A program made the position numbers and the translations under genes. From Bacteroidales bacterium (GTDB taxonomy: Bacteria > Bacteroidota > Bacteroidia > Bacteroidales > S143-33), in NCBI GenBank assembly GCA_015489395.1, contig WFZV01000126.1:1-41893 (forward strand): DNA of 41,893 nucleotides. The letters run 5' to 3'. Of this stretch, positions 1 to 8,875 are shown one piece after another; position 1 is the stretch's first letter; each line of letters begins with the position of its first letter. The notes under the pieces were generated by a model that was given only the letters and a program-made list of their open reading frames with translations, ran no database searches and was not told the DNA's origin.

Positions 1-116
1 ATTTATTACAGACGCTAATAAAAAAATAAAAGTTGCAATTTGTTTTCAAATCGTAAAACTACTACAAATTTTTTGTCTTAAGCTTTTAATGTTTTTGATT
101 AATATCAAAATCTCAG

Positions 117-124
117 TAAATTTG
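117..124 (+). promoter_or_regulatory. Bacteroidota-type -7 box (TAAATTTG, matches TAnnTTTG) upstream of the XRE regulator gene
   Basis: Exact TAnnTTTG match 32 nt upstream of the GTG start at 156. Confidence 0.35.
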
Positions 125-155
125 TTTAAAATCTTGGACTTGCAAATCAAAATTT

Positions 156-794
156 GTGTCTTATTTAGCATCAAATATACGTAAACTTAGAAAAGCCAAA
201 AGGCTGAGCCAGACACAATTTGCTAAATTATTTTCGCTAACAAGGGCATCGGTCGGTGCTTACGAAGAAGGCCGTGCAGAGCCTAAGTTAGATAAACTAA
301 TAGAAATTGCTAAATACTTTGGACTTACATTAGACCAGCTTGTTGCCCGTAAGCTGTCAATTAACGAGATTTTTCATTATGACGAAAAAGTCAAGACTAT
401 TAGCGAAAAAATACCATTTGTGCCTTATACGCTTAAAGACCAGTTTATTAAAGCTTTGACAAACCAACAAAAAATCGATTTACCAAATATAATTTTGCCA
501 TCTGTACAAGCAGATATTGCATTTGAGGTTATTGAGTTTCCCGGACTTAAAAATGCAATAGTTTTTGGACAAAAAACTCCTAAACCTCGGCATAACAGCT
601 GGCATATTACAATCGTTGATAACGATTATCATTTGTTTTACAACAATTCCCAAAATCTAAACCTAAATCAATTATGGTCAATTTGCTGCATCTTTACAAA
701 AGATATACAAAACATTGGTACACAAAACAATCATTTAATTCGTATCGAACAAAAATTGGATTATTTGCTCAATTTACACAAATCGCACGAATAA
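156..794 (+). CDS. XRE-family helix-turn-helix transcriptional regulator with an unassigned ~140-aa C-terminal domain
   Basis: N-terminus NIRKLRKAKRLSQTQFAKLFSLTRASVGAYEEGRAEPKLDKLIEIAKYFGLTLDQL is a classic Cro/C1-type HTH. GTG start. No GDSM-type S24 peptidase motif seen in the C-terminal part. Confidence 0.8.
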   Translation: MSYLASNIRKLRKAKRLSQTQFAKLFSLTRASVGAYEEGRAEPKLDKLIEIAKYFGLTLDQLVARKLSINEIFHYDEKVKTISEKIPFVPYTLKDQFIKALTNQQKIDLPNIILPSVQADIAFEVIEFPGLKNAIVFGQKTPKPRHNSWHITIVDNDYHLFYNNSQNLNLNQLWSICCIFTKDIQNIGTQNNHLIRIEQKLDYLLNLHKSHE

Positions 795-2509
795 TTTTTA
801 TTTTCAGTCTTTTACTGCTTTTCTCACTGACTGATTTATCCGCGCAAAAACAGCCAGCCTATCCAATGAGAATTTACCAGGATAGTACAGGAAAAATTTA
901 TATAAATCTCAAACAGCCGCTTTATTTCAAGGTTTCACCATCACCAGACCCAAAACAAAAAAAATATTTACTTACCAGCCAGACTAATCCCGACATTGTA
1001 AATCCTACGTATGCGTCGCATGAAGGCCTTAACGTACTTTATACGCCATGGGCAATTGATACTGCTACGAAAAAACATATTTATCCGCTTCGCATTGTCG
1101 AGTTTTACTTTTATGCTGACGGTACACCGCCAAAAACGCAAATTTCTTTTGACCAAAAACCAATTAAGGCCAATAACAAAATCTTTTTTAAAAAAGGACT
1201 AAAGATTAGCCTTTCAGCTACAGACAACCTTTCTAAAGTCCAGGCAACTTACAGTTCTATTGATCTAACAGATTATCAGAAATATACAAAGCCTTTGGAG
1301 TTTTCAAAAACTGGCAAACATACATTGAAATATTATTCAGTCGATAACGTGGGCAATGTTGAATCACCAAAAACTTTTGACTTTATAATCGACGACATCG
1401 CCCCGAAAGTCACTTACACAGTAACCGGCAATCATTTGAAAAACATTCTTTCTCCCAATACACAAATCTCCCTCAGTGCTTACGACAGCTTAAGTGGCAC
1501 GAAAAATATTTATTTCTCCATGGACCAGGGTGATACTAACTTATATCAGCACCCAATCAAAACCCGTAGCCTTTACGAAGGCTGGCATACTCTGTGCTTT
1601 TTTGCTACTGACCAGGTCGGAAATAGCTCGCAGATTGACAGTTTCAAGTTCTTTTTAGACAAGACAGCGCCACTTATTCTTGAAGACATTATCGGCAACA
1701 GCTATTTTGTCAACAACATACAGTATTTGTCAGCTAATTCTAAACTCAAACTCAAAGCAATAGACAATTTCGCGGGTGTCAGGGCAATTTATTACAGCTT
1801 TGACCGAAAAAATTGGGTGAAATATACAAAACCAATACTTCTACCAAAAAAGGAGAAATTCGTAAAAGTCTATTATTATGCTGTTGACAGCGTAGGCAAT
1901 CGCTCGGAAATCAGCGAAGCTATGACAGAAAAAAGAGGAGTGTTTAGTTCATACATTGACCTCACTCCTCCGAAGGTAACTTATTCATTTACAAATGAAT
2001 ATATATCTGGCGATACTGTATTTCTAAGCAGTCATTCGAAAATAATAATCACGGCAACCGACAATCAATCAGGCGTTGGTCAAATAAATTTTCAAATCGA
2101 CTCAGGCCAGGCAAACAAATATTCAGAACCTTTTACTGTCTCTCAGGAAGGTGAGCATAAAATTACAGTAACAGCTTTTGATAATGTGAATAATTTGACT
2201 ATCAAACAGTTTGTTGTAAAAGTTGATACTACTCCACCTGAAGCTAAGATTTTCTTTAGCATGCCAGCAAGAAGGACAAAAAACGGACTAAAAGTTTATA
2301 GCCCAAATGCTAAAATTTTTGTAGTTGCCCAGGATAATTTAGTTGGTTTAAAATCGATTGAAATTCAGCTTAATGGAAAAAAATTAGGTTCTAATGTAAG
2401 TTCGATCTGGAAACTGCCTGTTGGAAAAAATAGACTAACAGTAATTTCAACGGATTTTTTGGGCAATAAAAACATTCAGAATTTTGAGTTTTACATTGAT
2501 AAACTTTAG
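674..2509 (+). CDS. Secreted or membrane-anchored protein with five tandem Ig-like (OmpL47 / chitobiase-C-like) domains
   Basis: Hydrophobic segment IARIIFIFSLLLLFSLTDLSAQ, then repeated pattern a.D..SG...i.Y..D......Y..P......G.H.l.y.a.D.vGN.......f.iD..aP. The start is uncertain: the only canonical in-frame starts (ATG 674, TTG 683) overlap the upstream gene by more than 110 nt. Confidence 0.7.
   Translation: MVNLLHLYKRYTKHWYTKQSFNSYRTKIGLFAQFTQIARIIFIFSLLLLFSLTDLSAQKQPAYPMRIYQDSTGKIYINLKQPLYFKVSPSPDPKQKKYLLTSQTNPDIVNPTYASHEGLNVLYTPWAIDTATKKHIYPLRIVEFYFYADGTPPKTQISFDQKPIKANNKIFFKKGLKISLSATDNLSKVQATYSSIDLTDYQKYTKPLEFSKTGKHTLKYYSVDNVGNVESPKTFDFIIDDIAPKVTYTVTGNHLKNILSPNTQISLSAYDSLSGTKNIYFSMDQGDTNLYQHPIKTRSLYEGWHTLCFFATDQVGNSSQIDSFKFFLDKTAPLILEDIIGNSYFVNNIQYLSANSKLKLKAIDNFAGVRAIYYSFDRKNWVKYTKPILLPKKEKFVKVYYYAVDSVGNRSEISEAMTEKRGVFSSYIDLTPPKVTYSFTNEYISGDTVFLSSHSKIIITATDNQSGVGQINFQIDSGQANKYSEPFTVSQEGEHKITVTAFDNVNNLTIKQFVVKVDTTPPEAKIFFSMPARRTKNGLKVYSPNAKIFVVAQDNLVGLKSIEIQLNGKKLGSNVSSIWKLPVGKNRLTVISTDFLGNKNIQNFEFYIDKL
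1127..2506 (+). repeat. Protein-level tandem repeat: five ~88-100-aa Ig-like modules
   Basis: Module ends are recognisable: ..YYSVDNVGNVESPKTFDFIIDDIAPKV / ..FFATDQVGNSSQIDSFKFFLDKTAPL / ..YYYAVDSVGNRSEISE...IDLTPPKV / ..VTAFDNVNNLTIKQFVVKVDTTPPEA / ..VISTDFLGNKNIQNFEFYIDKL. Confidence 0.7.
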
Positions 2510-2543
2510 GTTTGGCTAATTTTTAAATTTTTCTTTTTTATTA

Positions 2544-2551
2544 TATCTTTG
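2544..2551 (+). promoter_or_regulatory. -7 box TATCTTTG upstream of the HAMP-GAF-PAS gene
   Basis: TAnnTTTG match 60 nt upstream of ATG 2611. The same octamer recurs at 7134, 12760 and, on the minus strand, at 6883-6876. Confidence 0.45.
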
Positions 2552-2610
2552 CTTTTAGCAAGAAATTTTCTAATATTACATATTAAATTTTACGTTAAAC
2601 TCATCTGATA

Positions 2611-5331
2611 ATGAAAAATTGGAGTATTCGTACCAGAATAATCGTTGCGTGGGTTGTAATACTTGTACTTATTATCATTGTCGATCTTACTTTTTACAAC
2701 ATATTTTCAGTCTTAGAGACTAATGCTCGATTAAATATCACATATTACAATTTTGTTACTGATTATAGCAAGTACTTAGAAAATCAGAAGAATTTTTTAA
2801 TTAACTATCAAAAAGATCCAATTTTCTTCCGCACAGAGCAAAGTCAATCGTTAAAACGACAGGAACTTTCTTATCTAAAAGTTAAGAATGATTTGCAGGG
2901 TATTATCGAGTCTCACACGTTGAGTGTTAATGAACAAAATAAATTTTCGCAAATTTTAAATTTGATTGAAAACAAACAGAATTATTTCAACGATCTGGTT
3001 CACAAGCTTTATTTACGTGGTAATGTTTCGACAAAAAGTGGAATGATTGGAAAAATTATCGAGTTTTACAACATTGCTATACACAACACCAACGACCCGA
3101 ACTTGCTCAAACTCATTGACAAGATTTATAAGAACTTTCTTAAGTACTTAGTATCATTAGATGAGCGCAATTATCAGGATTTTCTTAAAAATTATACTAT
3201 TCTCAACAAATATCTTCAAAATCAGCAGTTGGCAGCTTTTACAGGTCAGTTAGACACTAATATTTCCGTCACACCTACTTACAATTACTCAGAGACTTTA
3301 CTAAATGCTTTGAGCAATTTTAAAAATAAATTTCGCGATTTAGTTCACTTAGATTCTGAGATAGGTTTGCTCAACGTTAATAGTGGAATTTTAAGCAATA
3401 TTAAAAGTGTTGAAGAGAATTTGGACTTGATTATCAATAAAGTCCGTGAACAGCTCATTGACCAGTTTCAAAAAACGATAAAAAATAATACTACTGTTTA
3501 CCTGATATTCTTCCTGACATTGATAGCATTATCGTTAGTAATATTTATTTCATTACAAAGATTCATTATAAAGCGTCTTGAGCAAATCCGCAATTACATC
3601 GAACCGTTGCAATATGGCGAACTTCCAGAAGAATTAGAAGTATATTCCAATGATGAAGTTGGCGAACTGTTTGAAAAACTCAATGTATTTATTACAGCCT
3701 TACATAGAACGGCAGATTTTGCTGTACAGCTTGGTCAGGGCAATTTCGATGTTGACTTTAAACCATTGAGTGATAAAGACATATTAGGAAATGCTTTATT
3801 GCGTTTGCGTGAAGACTTGAAAAAAGCACGCGAGGAAGAAGAAAAACGTAAACAGGAAGAACGTATTAGACAATGGACAAACGAAGGAATTTCTAAATTT
3901 GCTGATATTCTGCGTCAAAAAACTGATAGTCTGGCTGATTTAGCCCGTATTGTTATAAAAAATCTGGTTAATTACCTCAACGCAAATCAGGGAGCTTTCT
4001 TCTATCTCAATGACGAAGACCCAAAAAATATTTATCTCGAACTATTGGCTACCTACGCATACAACCGCGAACGTAAGAAAAAGAAAATTTTTAAGTTAGG
4101 CGAAGGACTGGTCGGTACTGTTGCACTGGAAAAAGAAACAGTCTATATGACCGATATTCCGGACGATTATATTTCGATTACCTCTGGTTTGGGCGGTGCA
4201 AAACCACGTAGTTTGCTTATAGTACCACTTAAAGCCGAAGACGAAATCGTGGGAGTTATAGAGTTAGCTTCATTTAACGAATTCAAAGACTATGAAATAA
4301 AATTCGTCGAACACGTTGCAGAATCAATTGCTGCAACAGTGTCTATTACAAAAATTAACGAACGAACTAACCGTTTGCTTACCCAGGCTCAGATACAGGC
4401 ACGTGAAATGGCAGCCCAGGAAGAAGAGATGCGACAGAATCTTGAGGAACTAAAAGCAACACAGGAAGAAGCTGCAAGACGAGAAGCTGAATTACGAAGC
4501 TTACTTAATGGTATTGAAGCTGCTACTTTTGTGACATTTATCGACTTAAACGGATTTATTACGCACGCAAACGACAACTTACTCAATTTCTTAGGAATTT
4601 CCCAAAACGATTACGTTGGACACCATATTTCTGAATTTGACCTTACGGGTGAATTGGCAAAAGACGAATTCTGGAATAAACTTAAATCCGGCCAAATACT
4701 TCACTACACCCGCCACTTTAAAATTAACGACCGCGAATTCTGGTTCGATGAGTTCTATGTGCCGATTTTCGATAAAAATGGTAATGTAGTACGCTTTATT
4801 GCTGTAGCTTTTGACATTACAAAACGTATTCAACAGCAGCAACTTCTGGAAAAACAGAAAAAAGAACTCGAAGAAAAAGAACGCCAGTACAAAAAATTGG
4901 TCGAAGAACAAAAACGAACTCAAGAAATTCTTCAAAAACAAAAAGAACAAGCTGAACGTATATCTCGTAAACTAAAAGCCAATGAACAAGTCCTTAAACA
5001 AGCCCTGGATGAAGCTAAGCATGAACGGGAACGAGCAGAAGAACTTTCTAAGCGTCTTATCCACGAAAAAATGGAACTGGCAAGCGAATATGAATACTAT
5101 CTCAGCGCAAAAGAACTTATTAAATATTTAGACCGCAGACTAAAAAGCGACCGCGAACGAATCCTAAAGCAATTAGAAAACTTCCAGGAAATTATTAAAC
5201 AAAAAGACAAACTTATAGAAGAACTCAGAAAACAAATCGAGGAACTTAAAAAAGAGCATGGAAACTTAGGCGATAATAAGAAATCTGACAAAGACAACAA
5301 ATCAGATAAGTCTGGCAAAAAAGATAAGTAA
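2611..5331 (+). CDS. Transmembrane signalling protein: helical extracytoplasmic domain, HAMP, GAF, PAS, long coiled coils; no recognisable output domain
   Basis: TM helices near aa 10-30 and 296-316. HAMP-like IKRLEQIRNYIEPLQYGELPEELEVYSNDEVGELFEKLNVFITAL. GAF-like ..NANQGAFFYLNDED...LGEGLVGTVALEKETVYMTDIP...LIVPLKAEDEIVGVIELAS. PAS-like ..TFIDLNGFITHANDNLLNFLGISQNDYVGHHISEF...VAFDITKR. E/K/Q-rich heptad regions and a K/D/S-rich tail. Confidence 0.8.
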   Translation: MKNWSIRTRIIVAWVVILVLIIIVDLTFYNIFSVLETNARLNITYYNFVTDYSKYLENQKNFLINYQKDPIFFRTEQSQSLKRQELSYLKVKNDLQGIIESHTLSVNEQNKFSQILNLIENKQNYFNDLVHKLYLRGNVSTKSGMIGKIIEFYNIAIHNTNDPNLLKLIDKIYKNFLKYLVSLDERNYQDFLKNYTILNKYLQNQQLAAFTGQLDTNISVTPTYNYSETLLNALSNFKNKFRDLVHLDSEIGLLNVNSGILSNIKSVEENLDLIINKVREQLIDQFQKTIKNNTTVYLIFFLTLIALSLVIFISLQRFIIKRLEQIRNYIEPLQYGELPEELEVYSNDEVGELFEKLNVFITALHRTADFAVQLGQGNFDVDFKPLSDKDILGNALLRLREDLKKAREEEEKRKQEERIRQWTNEGISKFADILRQKTDSLADLARIVIKNLVNYLNANQGAFFYLNDEDPKNIYLELLATYAYNRERKKKKIFKLGEGLVGTVALEKETVYMTDIPDDYISITSGLGGAKPRSLLIVPLKAEDEIVGVIELASFNEFKDYEIKFVEHVAESIAATVSITKINERTNRLLTQAQIQAREMAAQEEEMRQNLEELKATQEEAARREAELRSLLNGIEAATFVTFIDLNGFITHANDNLLNFLGISQNDYVGHHISEFDLTGELAKDEFWNKLKSGQILHYTRHFKINDREFWFDEFYVPIFDKNGNVVRFIAVAFDITKRIQQQQLLEKQKKELEEKERQYKKLVEEQKRTQEILQKQKEQAERISRKLKANEQVLKQALDEAKHERERAEELSKRLIHEKMELASEYEYYLSAKELIKYLDRRLKSDRERILKQLENFQEIIKQKDKLIEELRKQIEELKKEHGNLGDNKKSDKDNKSDKSGKKDK

Positions 5332-5370
5332 AAAATGCTTTTTATTTCAAACAATTTCTTGCCTGGCAAA

Positions 5371-5405
5371 CGAGCAAAGGCTGGCCGCAGGCCAGCCTTT
5401 GCTCG
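5371..5405. terminator. Perfect 16-bp GC-rich hairpin between convergent genes (candidate bidirectional terminator)
   Basis: cgagcaaaggctggcc-gca-ggccagcctttgctcg: 16-bp perfect stem, 3-nt loop. It lies 40 nt after the stop at 5331 and 77 nt after the minus-strand stop at 5482. Flanking U-tracts are weak. Confidence 0.7.
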
Positions 5406-5481
5406 TAGTTTGACAGCTTTTTAGCCAATCACTATTACGTCGATTTTAGGAAGCAGCAAATAAGATGATTATCGTAAAAGC

Positions 5482-6801
5482 TTAGAAACCTGCCAATTTC
5501 ATTAGCACCTTGAAAGTGTATGTATTATCGATAATTCCATGGAAAGAGTCCTGTCCAACGCCTTTTACGTATGTGGGAATCATTGTGCCTGTGTGGCTGT
5601 GTGTTGTCCAGCTTATGCCTGCTTTATGTTGCAGTGCATCGACTAATTCATTGACCATGGCTGTAAAGTTTTTTCGGTCAATGAGATTTGTGTCTAATTT
5701 TACGAATTTTTTAAGCTTAAAATTGTATCCTTCGGGGTATGTTGTAGCTAAGTAGTTGTTGAGAAACAGTTTTGAGCGGTACTGTTTTGCAAGTAGTTGT
5801 AAATTTAGCGAATATCGGGTTAAATCGTAGCCCAGGCTCAGTCCGCCAGTTTCGTGGTCAGCTGTTACAATTATAATTGTTTCGTCGGGGTGTTTTTGGT
5901 AGAATTGCAAAGCCTGTTCAACTGCACGGTTAAAGTCCTGGGTTTCGTAAATCATAGTAGCTACGTCGTTGGCATGTGAAGCCCAGTCGATTTTCCCGCC
6001 TTCGACCATTAAGAAAAAGCCTTTGGGGTTGTCTAAAAACTTGATAGCAGCTTTTGTGAAATCTGCGAGGCTAACGTGGCTCAAACTGTCAATCATGTAG
6101 TAAATTGATTGTGAGTTGTCTAAGGATTCAGTGTCAGTCAGAAAAACTTTTTTCGCAGTTTTAATTGCTTTATCGAAATTCTGACGGTTAAATACGACTT
6201 GATAGCCTTTTTGCCTGAGGCTGTCGAAGTACAGCGCCCGTAAAGAATCCCGGTTTTGACCGTTGACCAAAAGTCCGCCTCCGCCAAAGAACTCAAAGCC
6301 GCTTCGTAGCATTTGTGAAGCGATTATGTTATATTCATGGCGAAAGGGTACATGTGCGTAAAAGCAAGCTGGTGTTGCGTGATTTAACGCGACACTTGAG
6401 ATTAGTCCGACTTTCCAGCCATGACGGTGGGCGATTTCAGCAAAACTTTCGAATTTTTTACCGGTATTGCGGTCCATGCCAATAGCTTGAAACTGTGTCT
6501 TGTGGCCAGTAGCAATAGCTGTTCCGCCAGCGCCTGAGTCAGTAATTTTGTTAGAGTCGGCGCAATTTGTGGTTGTAAGGACCACTGTTGGGAAATGTAG
6601 AAAAGTTATGCCTTTAAAGGCACGTTTTTTTAGGTATAAATCAGATACATACGCTTGATTTGTACCCATTCCGTCTCCTATGAAAAGGAAAACGTATTTT
6701 ACGTGTTTTTGAGTTTGTTCGTGATTTTTGTTGCACGAAGAAATTACGGCGGATACGCCTAAAATAGCTGTCAGTAGTAAGTAAAATAAAGATTTTCGCA
6801 T
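5482..6801 (-). CDS. Alkaline phosphatase (PhoA family), lipoprotein
   Basis: FLFIGDGMG, TDSGAGGTAIATG (active-site Ser region), GGKIDWASH and TADHETGG motifs. Signal LGVSAVISSC with a lipobox Cys. Confidence 0.9.
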   Translation of the reverse strand: MRKSLFYLLLTAILGVSAVISSCNKNHEQTQKHVKYVFLFIGDGMGTNQAYVSDLYLKKRAFKGITFLHFPTVVLTTTNCADSNKITDSGAGGTAIATGHKTQFQAIGMDRNTGKKFESFAEIAHRHGWKVGLISSVALNHATPACFYAHVPFRHEYNIIASQMLRSGFEFFGGGGLLVNGQNRDSLRALYFDSLRQKGYQVVFNRQNFDKAIKTAKKVFLTDTESLDNSQSIYYMIDSLSHVSLADFTKAAIKFLDNPKGFFLMVEGGKIDWASHANDVATMIYETQDFNRAVEQALQFYQKHPDETIIIVTADHETGGLSLGYDLTRYSLNLQLLAKQYRSKLFLNNYLATTYPEGYNFKLKKFVKLDTNLIDRKNFTAMVNELVDALQHKAGISWTTHSHTGTMIPTYVKGVGQDSFHGIIDNTYTFKVLMKLAGF

Positions 6802-6875
6802 GATCTTAGTTTTTAAAGGTTTGTTTTTCTTGAGTCTGGGAAATTAATTGAAGATTGATGTTTTTGTCGTTTGTT

Positions 6876-6883
6876 CAAAGATA
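6876..6883 (-). promoter_or_regulatory. -7 box TATCTTTG (minus strand) upstream of the alkaline phosphatase gene
   Basis: Plus-strand caaagata is the reverse complement of TATCTTTG, about 75 nt upstream of the ATG at 6801. Confidence 0.4.
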
Positions 6884-7133
6884 TTGAAAATAAGTTGTAA
6901 GTATCAAATCAGGTATTTGTGCAGTCGCCGATTGTTGAAAAAGTTTTAAGTTTATACCTGTATAAGAGCGTAGCTGGCATATAATCACTTAGTTTGTTGA
7001 GATTCCGGAGTTTGGACATGAAGAATGTTCGATAATTTTTTGAGGTTGTAATGTTAAAGTTTAGTTTTTTCGGGGAATAAATTGTAAAATTTTGCAGGAA
7101 TTATTTAAGTTTTTAGCTGGTTTATTAATTTTG

Positions 7134-7141
7134 TATCTTTG
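7134..7141 (+). promoter_or_regulatory. -7 box TATCTTTG upstream of trxA
   Basis: TAnnTTTG match 24 nt upstream of ATG 7165. Confidence 0.5.
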
Positions 7142-7164
7142 CTCAAACATTTAAAATTTAGGAT

Positions 7165-7488
7165 ATGGCAAAGCCAATAGAAGTAACAGATTCGAATTTT
7201 GACAAGGTAGTTGTAAAGTCGGGGAAAGTAGCAGTTCTGGACTTATGGGCAGAATGGTGCGGTCCATGCAGGATGTTGGACCCGATCATGGAGGAATTAG
7301 CAGAAGAGTATGATGGCAAGGCAATAATAGGAAAAGTAAACGTAGATTTGAATCCGGGCATACCGCAAAAATATGCAGTTTTAAACATCCCGACAGTTTT
7401 ATTTATCAAAGGAGATGAGTTGCTGGAAAAGGTTGTCGGAGCAGTGCCAAAGCGTCATCTGGAAGAAGTTTTGAAAAAGTTTCTTTAA
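7165..7488 (+). CDS. trxA: Thioredoxin
   Basis: WAEWCGPCRM active site, 107 aa, typical thioredoxin length and flanking sequence (LNIPTVLFIKGDE). Confidence 0.95.
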   Translation: MAKPIEVTDSNFDKVVVKSGKVAVLDLWAEWCGPCRMLDPIMEELAEEYDGKAIIGKVNVDLNPGIPQKYAVLNIPTVLFIKGDELLEKVVGAVPKRHLEEVLKKFL

Positions 7489-8408
7489 TGCACAATTTAA
7501 AGCAAATACGTGAAGTAAAGCAGTTAAAGCGATTGGATTTAATCGCCTCGTCGATAGTTGAAGGATTTATAACTGGTTTGCATAAGAGTCCTTATCATGG
7601 TTTTTCTGTGGAATTTTCAGAGCATCGGCCTTATAATAGCGGCGAGTCGATCAGGTTTATAGATTGGAAGTTGTTTGCGCGAACAGAGAAGTTGTTTGTA
7701 AAGAAATTTGAGCAGGAGACCAATTTGCGCAGTTTTATAGTGTTGGACACTTCGTCGTCGATGTTATTTCCTTTGGAGTCTGGGCATGCGAACAAACTTG
7801 AGTTTGCCATTTTTATTTCAGCGGCGTTGCTGTATATTTTTCAGCGTCAGAGGGATGCAAGTGGTTTGATAACGTTCTCCGAAGAAATAGATTTTTTCAC
7901 GTCAGCCAAATTAAACAGTGCGCATCAGAATCTGATAATTTCGACATTGCAGCAGCTATTGGACAACCAGCAACAGCTCAAAAATCGTAAAACCAGGGTT
8001 AGTTTGATTTTGCATGAGATAGCAGAGCGGTTGCCCAGACGGTCGTTGGTGTTGATATTTTCGGATTTTTTAGTTGATGAAAGTATTGAGCAAATCGTTC
8101 AGGCTTTAGAGCATTTGCGATATAATCGGCATGAAGTAATAATTTTTTATCTTTTTGACGAAATGTTAGAATTTAATTTTGAATTTGAAAATAGACCATA
8201 TAAATTTGTAGATATTGAAACAGGTAAAATTTTGAAAGTCAATCCAAATTTCATACGTAAAGAATATAAGCAACGATTTTCAGCGTTTTTAGAAGAACTC
8301 AAGACACGTTGTGGTCAGATGCGAATCGATTTTGTCAAATGTGATGTAAATAAAGATTTTTCGCAGGTTCTTATACCATATCTTTTAAAAAGACAAAAAC
8401 TTTTTTGA
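7488..8408 (+). CDS. DUF58 domain protein (vWA-like; usually a MoxR partner)
   Basis: HKSPYHGFSVEFSEHRPYNSGESIRFIDWKLFARTEKLFVKKFEQETN matches the DUF58 signature. The start overlaps the trxA stop (TAATG). Confidence 0.85.
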   Translation: MHNLKQIREVKQLKRLDLIASSIVEGFITGLHKSPYHGFSVEFSEHRPYNSGESIRFIDWKLFARTEKLFVKKFEQETNLRSFIVLDTSSSMLFPLESGHANKLEFAIFISAALLYIFQRQRDASGLITFSEEIDFFTSAKLNSAHQNLIISTLQQLLDNQQQLKNRKTRVSLILHEIAERLPRRSLVLIFSDFLVDESIEQIVQALEHLRYNRHEVIIFYLFDEMLEFNFEFENRPYKFVDIETGKILKVNPNFIRKEYKQRFSAFLEELKTRCGQMRIDFVKCDVNKDFSQVLIPYLLKRQKLF

Positions 8409-8411
8409 TTT

Positions 8412-8741
8412 ATGAGCGAACTTGTAAATAAATATTACTCTATCGGTGAAGTTGCAGAGATTTTGGGCGAGTCCAAGTCAAAGATCCGTTATTGGGAAAA
8501 GATTTTTAACCAGTACGTTAAGCCGAGGCGAAGTCGTCGAGGTGATCGTATGTTTTCTGTAAAGGATATTGAGAATTTGAAACTAATACAGCATTTAGTC
8601 GATGATTTGGGCTTTACCCTCGAAGGAGCAAAAGAATATTTAAAGCATCGTAAAAAAGAGCTTGAAGCTAAGTTGCAGATAGTCAGTATTTTGAAAGATG
8701 TTAAAAAAGAATTAGAGCAATTGCGGGATTCGATCGATTAA
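8412..8741 (+). CDS. Small MerR-family transcriptional regulator
   Basis: YYSIGEVAEILGESKSKIRYWEKIF...RRSRRGDRMFSVKDIENLKLIQHL is a MerR-type HTH followed by a short coiled coil. Confidence 0.8.
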   Translation: MSELVNKYYSIGEVAEILGESKSKIRYWEKIFNQYVKPRRSRRGDRMFSVKDIENLKLIQHLVDDLGFTLEGAKEYLKHRKKELEAKLQIVSILKDVKKELEQLRDSID

Positions 8742-8760
8742 TTTTATCAGATAAACGTTG

Positions 8761-8799
8761 AAGACAAGAGGCTGCCCGACGGGCAGCCTCTTGTCTTTT
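8761..8799 (+). terminator. Rho-independent terminator after the MerR gene
   Basis: aagacaagaggctgccc-gac-gggcagcctcttgtctt: perfect 17-bp stem, 3-nt loop, running into a short T tract. Confidence 0.75.
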
Positions 8800-8875
8800 G
8801 CAAATTACCAATGTTTAGGTATTTCTAAACTTCGCGACAACCAGTATAATTGGACAAAATTTAAACGAAATAAAG

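Noticed and set aside
5275-5328. Apparent micro-repeat encoding KKSDKDNKSDKSGKKDK at the end of the 906-aa protein
   Set aside because: It is low-complexity Lys/Asp/Ser coding sequence, not a true DNA tandem repeat. It is noted only as a disordered basic tail.
4591-5369. Minus-strand ORFs 4591-4950 and 5097-5369 (119 and 90 aa), plus the similar 29503-29745 ORF, antisense to the sensor genes
   Set aside because: They lie opposite E/K/Q-rich coiled-coil coding sequence. Their translations are low-complexity F/L/S strings (FFFFEFFFLFF...), as expected for the reverse complement of GAA/AAA-rich codons. No independent start context.
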